A stretch of 63,151 nucleotides of DNA, filler included, from 6 parts of 6 records of this genome joined end to end with filler, not necessarily neighbours in it, one strand, 5' to 3'. Counted from the first letter of the whole stretch, positions 10,603 through 21,842 are shown. Numbers and translations are program-made. The notes: generated by a model from the sequence alone, not told the origin.

Positions 10603-10627
10603 GAGCGCACCCTATATGGGTGCGTTC
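10603..10627 (+). terminator. Probable hairpin terminator after xylA
   Basis: GAGCGCACCC-tatat-GGGTGCGTTC; U-tract weak. Confidence 0.5.
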
Positions 10628-10762
10628 TACATTATGCCCTGTGTAGATGTATAAAATATTTTACATTGTTTATTTAGTCGAAAAAATCATGATTTTGATA
10701 AATAAGCGTTCTGATGCATTTATTCATTGAAAAAAACTTAGCCACCTAGTATAATTTACCCT

Positions 10763-11287
10763 ATGGAAAAGAATATATATCTGTTGAAATTACTTTGGTT
10801 TATATTAAAGTATCTGATTATTATATTACTAGTGTCTGCAATCTTTATTGTAGGGTTCTTTGTTGTCAAAGATACTGCTAATGTCTATATTATTGCCACC
10901 GAAGGCATGGAAATGCGTGCTTCTACTATTCTAAATCTTGAAACTGTATCTGAACTAGATAAATATTTTGCTCCCAATTGGGCTGTTTATGATAGTGAGG
11001 TTACCACAAATAAATACGACGAGTTTATTATCAGGGATTTTGACTATGAAATAAAGATTAGAAGCATTTGGGTATATCCTTGGGATAATATTGCCTATCT
11101 AAAAGTTACAGAGGTTATTTATGATATCGATGGTGAGTATCCAAAATCAGATGATGAAGAGCAAGTAATTACCATGCCGGAGTGGAATAATAGTATTTAC
11201 AATATTACTTTGGTTAGAAATCAAGAAGATGGATCATGGCATATCAGCGAACTAAATCGTATTAATGCTTATATCCCAGAAAATTAA
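10763..11287 (+). CDS. Hypothetical membrane-anchored protein
   Basis: N-terminal TM helix followed by an acidic domain; overlaps the dusB ORF start. Confidence 0.7.
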   Translation: MEKNIYLLKLLWFILKYLIIILLVSAIFIVGFFVVKDTANVYIIATEGMEMRASTILNLETVSELDKYFAPNWAVYDSEVTTNKYDEFIIRDFDYEIKIRSIWVYPWDNIAYLKVTEVIYDIDGEYPKSDDEEQVITMPEWNNSIYNITLVRNQEDGSWHISELNRINAYIPEN

Positions 11288-12248
11288 AATAAAAGACATA
11301 TTCCCTAATAACGCTGTTTGCTTTGCACCAATGGCTGGTGTCAGTGATGTTGTATATAGAGGTATTTGCGCTGGTTTCGGTGCTGATATTACAATAACTG
11401 AGATGGTAAGTGCCCTAGGGATTAAATATAATCCTGAAAGAGCAAAAGAGCTCCGTATTCGTTCGCCAAAAGAAAAAATCGCCGGAATTCAGTTATTCGG
11501 TGATGATCCTGCTATTATGGCTGCAATTGCACGAGATTATTCCTGTGATTTTGACTTTGTAGATGTAAATATGGGTTGTCCTGCACCAAAAATAGTACGC
11601 AATAATCAGGGATCTGCGCTTATGAAAACCCCCGAAAAAGCATATTCCATCATAAAAGAAATATCTGATACTCTCGACAAACCTGTAACTGTAAAGATTC
11701 GAACTGGCTGGGATAAAGATAGTATAAATGCGGTTGAATTTGCTATTGCAATGCAGGAAGCAGGCGCTAGCATGCTGACTATTCATGGCAGACACAGGAG
11801 TCAATATTATCAGGGTAAGGCTAATTTATCAATAATAAGAGATGTTGTAGAAGCACTCAGTATTCCTGTAATAGGTAATGGTGATATCTATGCTGCTGAG
11901 GACGCATTAGCTATGAAAGAAACTACTGGCTGCAGCAGTATAATGATAGCTCGTGGGGCACAGGGAAATCCCTTCATTTTTTCCAAGGTTAAAGCCGCTT
12001 TAAATGCCGAACCAATACCCACATTTGATGAGAATGATTTAGCAGAAGTTATTTTGACTCATGCAAATGGTTTGATGGAAACATTCTCAGAGCGGGGTAT
12101 GAGCTTGATGATGCGTAAACATTTATGCTGGTACTCAAAGGGAATTCGGGAAGCAAGCCATCTCAAGAAATTAGCAATAAAGGTATCTGGATTAGATGAT
12201 ATTAAAAAATTCTGTGACTATATAACAAATATTGAAATATTAAAATAG
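11265..12248 (+). CDS. dusB: tRNA dihydrouridine synthase B
   Basis: APMAGVSD, TEMVS, VDVNMGCPAPK, TVKIRTGW, IHGR, IGNGD. Confidence 0.95.
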   Translation: MLISQKIKIKDIFPNNAVCFAPMAGVSDVVYRGICAGFGADITITEMVSALGIKYNPERAKELRIRSPKEKIAGIQLFGDDPAIMAAIARDYSCDFDFVDVNMGCPAPKIVRNNQGSALMKTPEKAYSIIKEISDTLDKPVTVKIRTGWDKDSINAVEFAIAMQEAGASMLTIHGRHRSQYYQGKANLSIIRDVVEALSIPVIGNGDIYAAEDALAMKETTGCSSIMIARGAQGNPFIFSKVKAALNAEPIPTFDENDLAEVILTHANGLMETFSERGMSLMMRKHLCWYSKGIREASHLKKLAIKVSGLDDIKKFCDYITNIEILK

Positions 12249-12259
12249 TCGTTATAGTA

Positions 12260-13018
12260 CTAGAAATTGCCCGAAATAAAGCTTTTGATTAATTCTATAT
12301 GAGATTTTGGATTTTGCATACACATCTGTCCATGACCATTCTTCTCAAGTATCACAAGTCCACTGTTTTTTAGAGTCTTATTTAATAAATATGCACTTTT
12401 TTTAATAGCACCTATTTCCTTGCTGCCTACAATTACTAAAGTGTTTGCATTAGATTTGTCCAAACCTTCTGGAATAAAGTAAGTGCTGTTGCTTATTGTC
12501 ATATTAATAAGAGATTTTTTAGACATTTTTGATGAATCATTATAATAATCATAAAACATACTTTTAGGTATAAAGAGACTAGCTGACTGCAGCTTGGAAA
12601 ACCACTTTTTCTTAATCAGACTATAAGTTATATTATATGTAGGTTCTGCCAGCATTGAAGCCATTTTTATTGGAATAACCAACGCACTTTCTATTAAAGC
12701 GAAATCAGCAATGTTCTCATTTCGAGATAATACTTCTACAGCGATTTGTCCTCCTATGGATAACCCCCATATTGCATGGATTTTGCCGCCAAGTTCGCTG
12801 TCAATATATTTTATTAGCTTATCTGCTGTATCCTGAATAGACTCAAATGTACTACTACTGTCATCACCGTGACCATCAATAGTAGGTGCTATTACGTAAT
12901 ACTCAGTTTCCATAGTCAGTGCATCAATATGATACTTAATTGACCACCATGATAGTCCTCCTCCATGAAGCATAAGAACTGCTTTATTACTTTTATCTCC
13001 AAATGTATTAATTTTCAT
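12260..13018 (-). CDS. Alpha/beta fold hydrolase
   Basis: LHGGGLSWW, nucleophile GLSIGG, C-terminal GH; start moved to MKINTFG (13018) after GAGG. Confidence 0.88.
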   Translation of the reverse strand: MKINTFGDKSNKAVLMLHGGGLSWWSIKYHIDALTMETEYYVIAPTIDGHGDDSSSTFESIQDTADKLIKYIDSELGGKIHAIWGLSIGGQIAVEVLSRNENIADFALIESALVIPIKMASMLAEPTYNITYSLIKKKWFSKLQSASLFIPKSMFYDYYNDSSKMSKKSLINMTISNSTYFIPEGLDKSNANTLVIVGSKEIGAIKKSAYLLNKTLKNSGLVILEKNGHGQMCMQNPKSHIELIKSFISGNF

Positions 13019-13281
13019 AATATTACCCTCATACCATATAGTGTGTTTTGTTATGATTTTATAATAGAAGTAAAGTAAAATCAAATAATATGATCACAAG
13101 TAGTTTGTTTTTTAGGATTATTATGGTAATATTTCTTATATTTCCGAACGTTCGTAGTTTATGTTCTAATTAAATATATGTAAAATCCCAGTAAATAAAG
13201 GAATTACAATTACATAGACTATTAGTAACCGAACATTTTTAAAATAATTCTAATATCTATACAATCTTATAAATATACACT

Positions 13282-13329
13282 ATACAAAATATAGTATTTG
13301 TATTATCATAAGGATACTGCTTATGGTAT
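13282..13329 (+). promoter_or_regulatory. Tandem NrdR boxes upstream of nrdD
   Basis: ATACAAAATATAGTAT (13282-13297) matches consensus acaCwAtATaTwGtgt at 13/16; weaker ATACTGCTTATGGTAT starts 32 bp later. Confidence 0.6.
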
Positions 13330-13406
13330 ACACGAAAAATAAAAAGTGATATAAATACATATATTATATATATTACCATATGCGAATATAACAAGGAGCA
13401 TCAATT

Positions 13407-15509
13407 ATGCATATTAGAAAAAGAAATGGCAGCATAGAGGAATTTAAGAAAGATAAGATTACATGGGCAATATTTAAAGCTGCAAAAGCAGTTGGCGGTG
13501 ATGACTGGTCAATTGCTGAAAATCTAACACAGCAAGTAATTGATATTGCTCAGTTGAAATATAAAAACGATATCGCTAATGTTGAACAGATACAAGATAT
13601 TGTAGAGAAAGTTTTAATTGAAAATGGTCATGCAAAGACATCAAAAGCATATATTCTTTATAGAGAAAAACGTAAATCTGCAAGAGAAATGAATGCACTA
13701 ATTGGAGCAACGATTAATCTTTTTGGCAAATATTTAGACGATATCGACTGGGAGATTTCTGAAAATGCCAATACTCAAAAGTCGATTAACGGAATGAATA
13801 ACTATATCAGGGAATCATTTACCAAACAGTACTGGCTGCATGAAATATATCCTATTGAAATCCGTGAAGCACATATTGCTGGTGACGTTCATATCCATGA
13901 TTTGGGCTTTTTCGGACCATATTGCGCTGGCTGGGACTTGTATCAGCTATTAATGCAGGGCTTTGGCGGTGTAGCTGGGAAAGTCGAATCAAAACCTGCC
14001 AAGCATATGCGTTCATTCTTGGGGCAGATAGTTAACTCAACATTTACTACACAGGGCGAAACAGCGGGAGCACAAGCATGGAGCTCATTTGATACATACT
14101 GTGCACCTTTTATCAGATATGATAACATGACATTTGAGCAGGTCAAGCAGGCTATACAGGAATTCGTATTTAATATTAATGTTCCTACTAGAGTTGGATT
14201 CCAATGCCCATTTTCAAACCTTACATTTGACCTAACAGTACCAAAAACACTGAAAAATAAGGCAGTTGTTGTAGGTGGTCAGATGACTGGAGACACATAC
14301 AGTGACTTCCAAGAGGAAATGAATATATTTAATATTGCTTTCTGTGAAGTTATGCTGGAAGGTGATTCAAAAGGCAGAGTATTTACATTCCCAATACCAA
14401 CTATAAATGTAACCAACGATTTTGACTGGGACAGCGATGTGGTAAATAAATTCATGGAAATAACCTGTAAATATGGAATACCATATTTCTCTAACTATAT
14501 CAACTCTGATTTATCTCCTGAGGATGCTGTAAGTATGTGCTGCAGGTTAAGAATCGATACATCTGAGCTTCGCAAGCGTGGCGGCGGATTATTTGGTTCC
14601 AATCCAATGACTGGTTCAATAGGTGTATTTACTATTAATCTTCCAAGAATAGGCTACCTGTCAAAGTCAAAAGCAGAATTTAAATCAAGATTATGGCGGA
14701 TGATGCACCTTGGTAAACAAAGCCTGGAAATAAAGAGAAAGATAATTGAGAAACAAACAGCAAAGGGATTATATCCCTACTGTGCTAATTATCTTCACGA
14801 TATTCATGCAAGAACTAACCAGTATTGGTCAAACCACTTCAACACCATAGGTATACTAGGTATGAACGAAGCGGTACAGAATTTCTTAAAAACCGATATT
14901 ACTACAGATGCAGGTCAGGAATTTGCAATTGAAATAATGGAATATATGCGTGAAGTGCTTACTGAAATACAAAAGGAAACAGGAAATAATTATAATCTTG
15001 AAGCATCTCCCGCTGAAGGAACATGCTATAGAATGGCAAAACTGGATACAGAAAGATACCCTGATATTATTACAGCCGGTGACGAAGTACCATTCTACAC
15101 CAACTCAACTCATCTACCTGTAGGATATACAGAAGATATTTTTGAAACCCTTGATAAGCAGGATGAACTACAGTCATTATACACAGGCGGCACAGTACTT
15201 CATCTGTATCTTGGTGAAAGAATTCACGATATTGAAGTAGCTAAGGATTTGATTAAGAAAGCATTTACAAACTATAAGCTACCCTACATATCCTTAACCC
15301 CTACATTTAGTATCTGCAACGATCATGGATACATTAATGGTGAAGTAGAAAAGTGTGCAATCTGCGGCGGAGAAACTGAAATCTGGAGCAGAGTTACAGG
15401 CTATCTGCGTCCGATACAAAACTATAATATGGGTAAAAAAGCTGAATACAGCAGCAGACTAAAATACGTAATTAATGAAGAACAGCTAAAGGAAGAAACA
15501 GTAGGATAA
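13407..15509 (+). CDS. nrdD: Anaerobic (class III) ribonucleoside-triphosphate reductase
   Basis: ATP cone (IRKRNGS...F.K.KI), SMCCRL finger loop, CxxH/CxxC, glycyl-radical motif SRVTGYLRP. Confidence 0.96.
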   Translation: MHIRKRNGSIEEFKKDKITWAIFKAAKAVGGDDWSIAENLTQQVIDIAQLKYKNDIANVEQIQDIVEKVLIENGHAKTSKAYILYREKRKSAREMNALIGATINLFGKYLDDIDWEISENANTQKSINGMNNYIRESFTKQYWLHEIYPIEIREAHIAGDVHIHDLGFFGPYCAGWDLYQLLMQGFGGVAGKVESKPAKHMRSFLGQIVNSTFTTQGETAGAQAWSSFDTYCAPFIRYDNMTFEQVKQAIQEFVFNINVPTRVGFQCPFSNLTFDLTVPKTLKNKAVVVGGQMTGDTYSDFQEEMNIFNIAFCEVMLEGDSKGRVFTFPIPTINVTNDFDWDSDVVNKFMEITCKYGIPYFSNYINSDLSPEDAVSMCCRLRIDTSELRKRGGGLFGSNPMTGSIGVFTINLPRIGYLSKSKAEFKSRLWRMMHLGKQSLEIKRKIIEKQTAKGLYPYCANYLHDIHARTNQYWSNHFNTIGILGMNEAVQNFLKTDITTDAGQEFAIEIMEYMREVLTEIQKETGNNYNLEASPAEGTCYRMAKLDTERYPDIITAGDEVPFYTNSTHLPVGYTEDIFETLDKQDELQSLYTGGTVLHLYLGERIHDIEVAKDLIKKAFTNYKLPYISLTPTFSICNDHGYINGEVEKCAICGGETEIWSRVTGYLRPIQNYNMGKKAEYSSRLKYVINEEQLKEETVG

Positions 15510-15646
15510 TTATATATTACATAGAATTTACAAACATATTTCATTGTTCACAATGAAATATGTTTTTTTTCTATATGTTATGGTATAATGTGTGGAAACG
15601 ACTTTAGACATGGCTAACTTTACCATGTAAGAAGAGGCACATAACA

Positions 15647-17188
15647 ATGAAAAGACACATAATATTAATTCTATTAATAGCAGTATTACTATTTTCCAGC
15701 TGTGATAGGAGTACGGAAGCATCAAGTGTTCAAAATACTAATCAAGAATCAACAACTGCTACCCAAACAAATGAAACTGCTACAGACGCAGCTTCTCAAG
15801 AGGGTACAGCTCTGGAGACTGAAACTACACCTGAGCCTACGGCAACTATATCACCCCAAGATGCAGAGCTAAAATATATATTCTATATAATCGGCGACGG
15901 TATGGGGGAAGCACATGTAGCACTGGGCGAAATGGCTACTAGGATAATGCATCAGGATATGGATGCAAAAGCAATATGGGAAGATTACGATTACAAACAT
16001 AATATAACAGCTGGTATTAATAGTGCCAATGGCGGTACTGCACTGGCATGCGGACTGTATCCCTCTGGTATTCCTATTGGAATAGACAACTCTGGCAATG
16101 AATTGTATACTATTATGGACAGAGCCAAGGAAAATGGATTTGCTACAGGAGTTCTGACGAATTCATTTTTACTGGATGCTACACCCGCAACATATTTGGC
16201 ACATGCAGACACTAGACGTGATATCGACGATATTGCAAAGGATATATCACAAACTGATGTGGACTTTTTAGGTGGCGGCGGCATTGCATATCTTATAAGT
16301 GATGAAATGAGCGATATCGCAGGAGAACGTGATGTCGAGGGATTGCTAAACCGATTTGTAAACAATGATAATTATGGTGAATCTTTGATGGAAAGATTCC
16401 CTGATATGATAATTGGTTCAAGTTCCAGAGACGATTTGCAAGAATTAGAAGAATCAGGTGATTATCCTGATAAACTGCTGGTACTGCCATACAATATCCA
16501 GTTCTTCTGCCAAGGCGATACAAGTCTGGAGAGGTATTACGACCAAATAGATAAATCAGTAGATTTAGCGGATCTTACAAAAGCTGGCATCGGAGTGCTG
16601 AGTCAGGACGAAGATGGATTTGTCTTTATGATAGAGGCTGCTATAATAGATAAATTAGGACACGATCAGGCCATATCATGGACAGCTCAGGAAATGCTGG
16701 ACTTAGATGAAACTCTGAAAGTTGTAAAGGAATTCTATGACGCACACCCATATGAAACGCTGATAATATTAACAGCAGATCATGAAACAGGCTATTATAC
16801 TTATTCTGATGAAAAGTATGAAAAATTCTATGAATTGACTGATTTTCAGATGGGCAGCAGTTGTGAAGAAGTATATAGTTTCCTGAAAGATAACTGGGAC
16901 TTTTCAGCAGACTTAGCAAGGTTAGAAAAAGCATACCAAGTTTATGAAGACAGCCCATATTTAGAGGATATGGATAATATCGGTCCTATAGCAGGAGAAA
17001 TAGCAGCGCAGACTTTATATAGCTTGGGAATCAAATCACGAACAGGTCAGCATAGTACGTTGCCTGTACCATTATTTACACACGGAAAAATGGCAGAAGA
17101 ATTCGAAGATATCGAAAAAATTGCTGAAATACCAATTAAAATCTGTGAGATTATGGGATGGAAAGCTCTGCCTGAAATAATAGAATAA
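15647..17188 (+). CDS. Alkaline phosphatase family lipoprotein
   Basis: Lipobox-like LLFSSC, Thr/Glu-rich linker, IGDGMG, NSANGGTALACG, DATPA, EAAIIDKLGH, TADHETG. Confidence 0.88.
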   Translation: MKRHIILILLIAVLLFSSCDRSTEASSVQNTNQESTTATQTNETATDAASQEGTALETETTPEPTATISPQDAELKYIFYIIGDGMGEAHVALGEMATRIMHQDMDAKAIWEDYDYKHNITAGINSANGGTALACGLYPSGIPIGIDNSGNELYTIMDRAKENGFATGVLTNSFLLDATPATYLAHADTRRDIDDIAKDISQTDVDFLGGGGIAYLISDEMSDIAGERDVEGLLNRFVNNDNYGESLMERFPDMIIGSSSRDDLQELEESGDYPDKLLVLPYNIQFFCQGDTSLERYYDQIDKSVDLADLTKAGIGVLSQDEDGFVFMIEAAIIDKLGHDQAISWTAQEMLDLDETLKVVKEFYDAHPYETLIILTADHETGYYTYSDEKYEKFYELTDFQMGSSCEEVYSFLKDNWDFSADLARLEKAYQVYEDSPYLEDMDNIGPIAGEIAAQTLYSLGIKSRTGQHSTLPVPLFTHGKMAEEFEDIEKIAEIPIKICEIMGWKALPEIIE

Positions 17189-17217
17189 TTAAAATTATAG
17201 ATAAACGGAACAAAAAT

Positions 17218-17904
17218 ATGCAAATAGCTGGTATGCAAAAATCATCAATGGCTGACTATCCTGGTCACATTAGTATAGTTGTATTTACACCATACTGTAA
17301 TTACGACTGCTTCTATTGTCACAACAGAAGTATACTTAATAATCCAGTCGTTCTTGACACAGAGAGTATTATGGACTTTGTAAAAAAGAGAGCAAAAATG
17401 ATTGATGCTTTGGTTATATCAGGTGGTGAGCCTACACTGCAAAAAGGACTGATAGAATTCACTAGAAAAATTAAGGATTTGGGATATCTCGTTAAGCTAG
17501 ATACAAACGGAAGTAATCTAAATATTATAAGACAACTAGTCGATAATCAATTAATTGATTTTATCGCAATAGATTTGAAGTGCCCTTTTAACCGATACGA
17601 AGAAATCTGCAGAAACAGCGATGGAGAAGCCGTCAAGGAAAGTATAAACTTTGTAGTTAATTCAAGTATAGATTATGATATTCGTACAACTATGGTACCA
17701 CAAATAACATCAAATGAGATGCTTGATACCTTAAGGGAGCTGCCAAGACTAAAGAAATATACAATTCAGCAGTATAAGAAGCCTGAGTCAGCTTTAAAAG
17801 AGGATTTGTTCAGGGTAAATGCCAAGCCTCATTCAAAGGAGTATCTTCAGAATTATGCCGATAAGTGCATGAAGATATGTGATAGTGTTATACTCAAAGC
17901 ATAG
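17218..17904 (+). CDS. nrdG: Anaerobic RNR activating radical SAM protein
   Basis: CNYDCFYCHN, ISGGEPTLQ, KLDTNGS. Confidence 0.93.
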   Translation: MQIAGMQKSSMADYPGHISIVVFTPYCNYDCFYCHNRSILNNPVVLDTESIMDFVKKRAKMIDALVISGGEPTLQKGLIEFTRKIKDLGYLVKLDTNGSNLNIIRQLVDNQLIDFIAIDLKCPFNRYEEICRNSDGEAVKESINFVVNSSIDYDIRTTMVPQITSNEMLDTLRELPRLKKYTIQQYKKPESALKEDLFRVNAKPHSKEYLQNYADKCMKICDSVILKA

Positions 17905-18009
17905 ATAAGATTCAATAAATCTTTCTTCTGATTTGCTAATAAAACTTTTTAATATGCAAAAACGTCCAACCACAATGATTGGACGTTTAACATTTTTACT
18001 CTTCTAATA

Positions 18010-19554
18010 CTATTTTTTTATCAAACTTTTCCCTGTCATCTCTTCGGGAATATCCATTCCCATAATATCTAGCAAAGTAGGAACAACATCAGCCAGAGCA
18101 CCATCAGAATACAGCTCAGCATTCTTATTATCATTATCAATAACGATAAATGGAACAGGACAGTCAACAGTATGAGCTGTGTATGGTACGTTTTCTACTT
18201 CGTCCCACATCTTCTCTGCATTACCGTGGTCTGCAGTTACGATTAGCTTGCCGCCTACAGCCAGTACCGCTTCCACTACCTGACCGACACAGTCATCTAC
18301 CACTTCTACTGCAGCTACTGCTGCTTCCATTACACCTGTATGACCAACCATGTCGCAGTTAGCATAGTTCATGATAATTACATCATATTTCTCTGCCTTA
18401 ATCTCTGCTAAAACATCCTCTGTTACCTCGTATGCACTCATTTCAGGCTTCATATCAAAGGTTGCAATCTTCGGACTGTCAATCAGTATTCTATCCTCAC
18501 CTTCATTTGGTACTTCTACACCGCCATTGAAAAAATATGTAACATGAGCATACTTCTGAGTCTCAGCAATACGCAGTTGAGTCAATCCATTGTTTGCCAG
18601 ATACTCACCTAAAGTATTCTTATATACCTGAGGACGAAATGCCACGTCTACATCAAATGTTGCATCATATACTGTCATTGTTACGAACTTAATATCCAGA
18701 TTACCTTTTTTACGATTAAAGCCGTCAAAATCCTCATTTAAAAATGCATTTGTCAGTTGACGAGCTCTGTCAGGGCGGAAGTTAAAGAAGATAACAGAAT
18801 CCTTATCACTAACATTCCCACGAGGTTTATCACCATCGCATATTATTGTAGGTAACACAAACTCATCAGTTTCGCCTTTGTCATAGCTTTGCTGCATAGC
18901 AGTCAGCGAACAGCATGCAGTTACACCTTCTCCATCAACTATTGCAGTATAAGCCTTTTCAACACGCTCCCAGATATTATCTCTGTCCATAGCATAGAAA
19001 CGACCTGAAATTGTAGCTATCTTACCAAGTCCGATTTCTGATAATGCAATTTCTAAATCCTTGATATAATCTATACCTGATGATGGCGGAACATCACGAC
19101 CATCCATAAAGCAATGTATAAACACATCATTGATGCCAAATTTCTGCGCCATTTTCACACACGCTAACAAATGATCCATATGTGAGTGAACACCGCCGTC
19201 AGATACCAATCCAAGCAAATGAAGTGCTGATTTATTTGCTACAGCATTATCCATTGCAGATACCAAAGCTTCATTAGTAAAAAAATCACCATCGTCAATC
19301 GACTTTGATATTCTTGTCAACGGCTGATAAATGACCCTGCCTGCACCTAAATTCAGGTGACCTACTTCAGAATTACCCATTTGTCCGTCAGGTAAACCAA
19401 CATTAGAACCAAACGGAATAATAGTAGTATTCGGATACTCTGCTAAATACTTGTCCAAATTTGGAGTGTTTGCAGTGGTTACAGCATTATACTCAGATGG
19501 CTCAGCAATCCCTAAACCATCCATTATTATTAAAGTAGTTAATTTTTTTTTCAT
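18010..19554 (-). CDS. gpmI: 2,3-bisphosphoglycerate-independent phosphoglycerate mutase
   Basis: GQMGNSEVGH, DGRD, SGRFYAMDRD, ETQKYAHVT, DMVGH, TADHGN; start at MKKKL (19554). Confidence 0.97.
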   Translation of the reverse strand: MKKKLTTLIIMDGLGIAEPSEYNAVTTANTPNLDKYLAEYPNTTIIPFGSNVGLPDGQMGNSEVGHLNLGAGRVIYQPLTRISKSIDDGDFFTNEALVSAMDNAVANKSALHLLGLVSDGGVHSHMDHLLACVKMAQKFGINDVFIHCFMDGRDVPPSSGIDYIKDLEIALSEIGLGKIATISGRFYAMDRDNIWERVEKAYTAIVDGEGVTACCSLTAMQQSYDKGETDEFVLPTIICDGDKPRGNVSDKDSVIFFNFRPDRARQLTNAFLNEDFDGFNRKKGNLDIKFVTMTVYDATFDVDVAFRPQVYKNTLGEYLANNGLTQLRIAETQKYAHVTYFFNGGVEVPNEGEDRILIDSPKIATFDMKPEMSAYEVTEDVLAEIKAEKYDVIIMNYANCDMVGHTGVMEAAVAAVEVVDDCVGQVVEAVLAVGGKLIVTADHGNAEKMWDEVENVPYTAHTVDCPVPFIVIDNDNKNAELYSDGALADVVPTLLDIMGMDIPEEMTGKSLIKK

Positions 19555-19555
19555 A

Positions 19556-20308
19556 TTATTTATCATAATTAACGATTTGAGCAAAATCCTCAGCCTTTAG
19601 ACTTGCACCGCCAACTAACCCTCCATCGATATGTTCCTGAGCCATCAATCCCTTAACATTTGCAGGCTTCATTGAACCACCATATTGAATACGGATTGCG
19701 TCAGCACAGTCTTTACCATAGTCAGCTTCCACTTGTGCTCTGATGTATCCGATTACTTCATTTGCATCTTCATCAGTTGCAGTCTTGCCTGTACCTATTG
19801 CCCAGATTGGCTCGTAAGCTATTACCATATTGGTAACATCAGAGGCTTCCAGACCTGAAAGAGCCGCCTGAACCTGATATCTAACCAAAGTTTCAGTAAC
19901 GCCAGCTTCCCTTTGCTCTAGTGTTTCACCACAGCAGATTATTGGTATCAAGCTGTGCTGCAGAGCTAATTTAACCTTTAAGTTAACTGTTTCGTCAGTT
20001 TCATTGAAATATTCACGTCTTTCAGAGTGACCAATTATCACATAGTCAATACCCATTGCTTCCAGCATGTCTGGTGATACTTCACCTGTAAAAGCACCTG
20101 AGTCTTTGAAATAGCAGTTTTGTGCACCAATTTTGATGTTTGTACCCTCTGTTGCCTTTTGTGCTGCTGACAAGCATACGAAAGGAGGGCATACTACTAC
20201 CTGTGCGTTCGCATCCTTTACTAATGGAGCAAGAGCTTCAACCAAAGCCTTAGCTTCCTCTGGAGTCTTGTTCATCTTCCAGTTGCCTGCAATTATTGCA
20301 TTTCGCAT
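19556..20308 (-). CDS. tpiA: Triosephosphate isomerase
   Basis: [28 protein letters not shown]. Confidence 0.98.
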   Translation of the reverse strand: MRNAIIAGNWKMNKTPEEAKALVEALAPLVKDANAQVVVCPPFVCLSAAQKATEGTNIKIGAQNCYFKDSGAFTGEVSPDMLEAMGIDYVIIGHSERREYFNETDETVNLKVKLALQHSLIPIICCGETLEQREAGVTETLVRYQVQAALSGLEASDVTNMVIAYEPIWAIGTGKTATDEDANEVIGYIRAQVEADYGKDCADAIRIQYGGSMKPANVKGLMAQEHIDGGLVGGASLKAEDFAQIVNYDK

Positions 20309-20344
20309 ATTATATACCTCGTTATATCAAATTTTATTTTTTAC

Positions 20345-20657
20345 TTATTTATCATTCAAAGCTGCTATGCCTGGTAATTCTTTGCCTTCCATAAATTCCA
20401 GTGATGCACCGCCGCCTGTAGATATATGAGTCATCTTATCAGCAAAGCCCAGCTTCTCAGCAGCTGCTGCAGAATCACCACCGCCGATGATTGTTATTCC
20501 ATCGATTTCTGCCATAGCGTTTGCAATAGCTATTGTCCCATACGCAAAGTTAGGGAACTCAGATACGCCCATTGGTCCGTTCCAGATAACAGTCTTGGCC
20601 TTTTTAACTTCTGCTGAAAAAAGTTCCTGTGTATCAGGACCAATATCCATACCTTCC
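20345..20657 (-). CDS. pgk: Phosphoglycerate kinase C-terminal fragment (5' truncated)
   Basis: [28 protein letters not shown]. Confidence 0.96.
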
Positions 20658-20757
20658 NNNNNNNNNNNNNNNNNNNNNNNNNNNNNNNNNNNNNNNNNNN
20701 NTTAATTAATTAANNNNNNNNNNNNNNNNNNNNNNNNNNNNNNNNNNNNNNNNNNNN
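20658..20757. other. Artificial contig spacer
   Basis: N44-TTAATTAATTAA-N44. Confidence 0.99.
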
Positions 20758-21512
20758 GAATCAATATAAGCATCTTTTAATTTTTTAAACAACAGTTCCT
20801 CTTCTTTAGTACGACAAGGGAAAGCTTCAGAAAAGTTTTCATTAAATTCTCTGGCTCTTGCATCTAAATCAATCAGATCATGTGATTTAGGCTTGTAGTC
20901 AGTAAAGACCAAATGAATCCCCATATATAAGTGCTCACATGTTTGATGAAGATGAAAAATAGCTAAATTAAATTGTTTTCGATTATAATTTAATTTATAA
21001 TCTCTAAAAAATTCATCTGCACTGTTAAGCCATTTATTATAATAATGTCTGGCTTTCATTAATCTTGTATTTTTAGGAAGAAATTCTGGCGGTGGAATAA
21101 TTGCACGAGTTTCCGAATCATAAATTAAAATTCCTTCGTTATATATATCAATGAAAAAATAATTTCTTTCACGTAATTCTCCGTTAAAATAATCTATTCC
21201 ATGAAAAATAGTACTTAATCGAGTATTAATATTGCAGTTTTCTTTTATTTTTTCACGGATTTTTTTGGTGAAAGATGTACTCTTTGCATGTCTTTCTTTT
21301 GACATAAGGAAAAGTAAATCAAAGTCACTTTGATACTCATATGTAGTTCCGCTTTCATCTTGGTATTTATCTTCAACCTGTGTACCGCGAGCATAACTAC
21401 CAAACAGAATAATCATATGAACAGGCATACTTTCATCATTCGCTACGTATTCGACTATCCTTTTTAACTCTTCTTGTTTATGTTTAGGCAAAAATTCGAT
21501 TGATGTCTTCAT
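20758..21512 (-). CDS. Fused minimal nucleotidyltransferase (MNT)-HEPN protein, 3' truncated
   Basis: IILFGSYARG...SDFDL (MNT); AIFHLHQTCE...KPKSHDL...LKDAYID (HEPN); start MKTSIEFLP at 21512 after AAGGGGG. Confidence 0.88.
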
Positions 21513-21576
21513 TTTTAAGGTGACCCCCTTGTATATTTTTTTAAGCAAACTTCAAAGAAAATATAATTATAAAATT

Positions 21577-21623
21577 TATTCTTAACTTCACATAGTTAGT
21601 CTAATTATGTGAAGTTAAGAATA
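21577..21623. repeat. 47-bp near-perfect palindrome
   Basis: TATTCTTAACTTCACATAGTTAG-T-CTAATTATGTGAAGTTAAGAATA: 23-bp arms with 1 mismatch. Confidence 0.9.
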
Positions 21624-21807
21624 TTATAACGTAAAAAGAGAAGATTTGTATAGGAGAAAAAAGTGATGGTGAGTTTTTGGTGTTATAGTCTTGGAGTAAG
21701 TGATTTTTTGGTGAAGAAAGTAGTGAATGAGGGTTGAAATCGGGAAAAAAATGTGGAAAATAAAACTAGATTTTTAAGTTAGAAGAATGGAGAAAGTTTT
21801 AAATTTA

Positions 21808-21836
21808 TTGACTTGGGTGTGCAAATGAACTATAAT
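21808..21836 (+). promoter_or_regulatory. Near-consensus sigma70 promoter
   Basis: TTGACT-17 nt-TATAAT. Confidence 0.85.
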
Positions 21837-21842
21837 ATTAAT

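Noticed and set aside
13143-13155. CGAACGTTCG palindrome as a possible LexA box
   Set aside because: It lacks the GAAC-N4-GTTC spacing of the Firmicutes SOS box and is too short to call.
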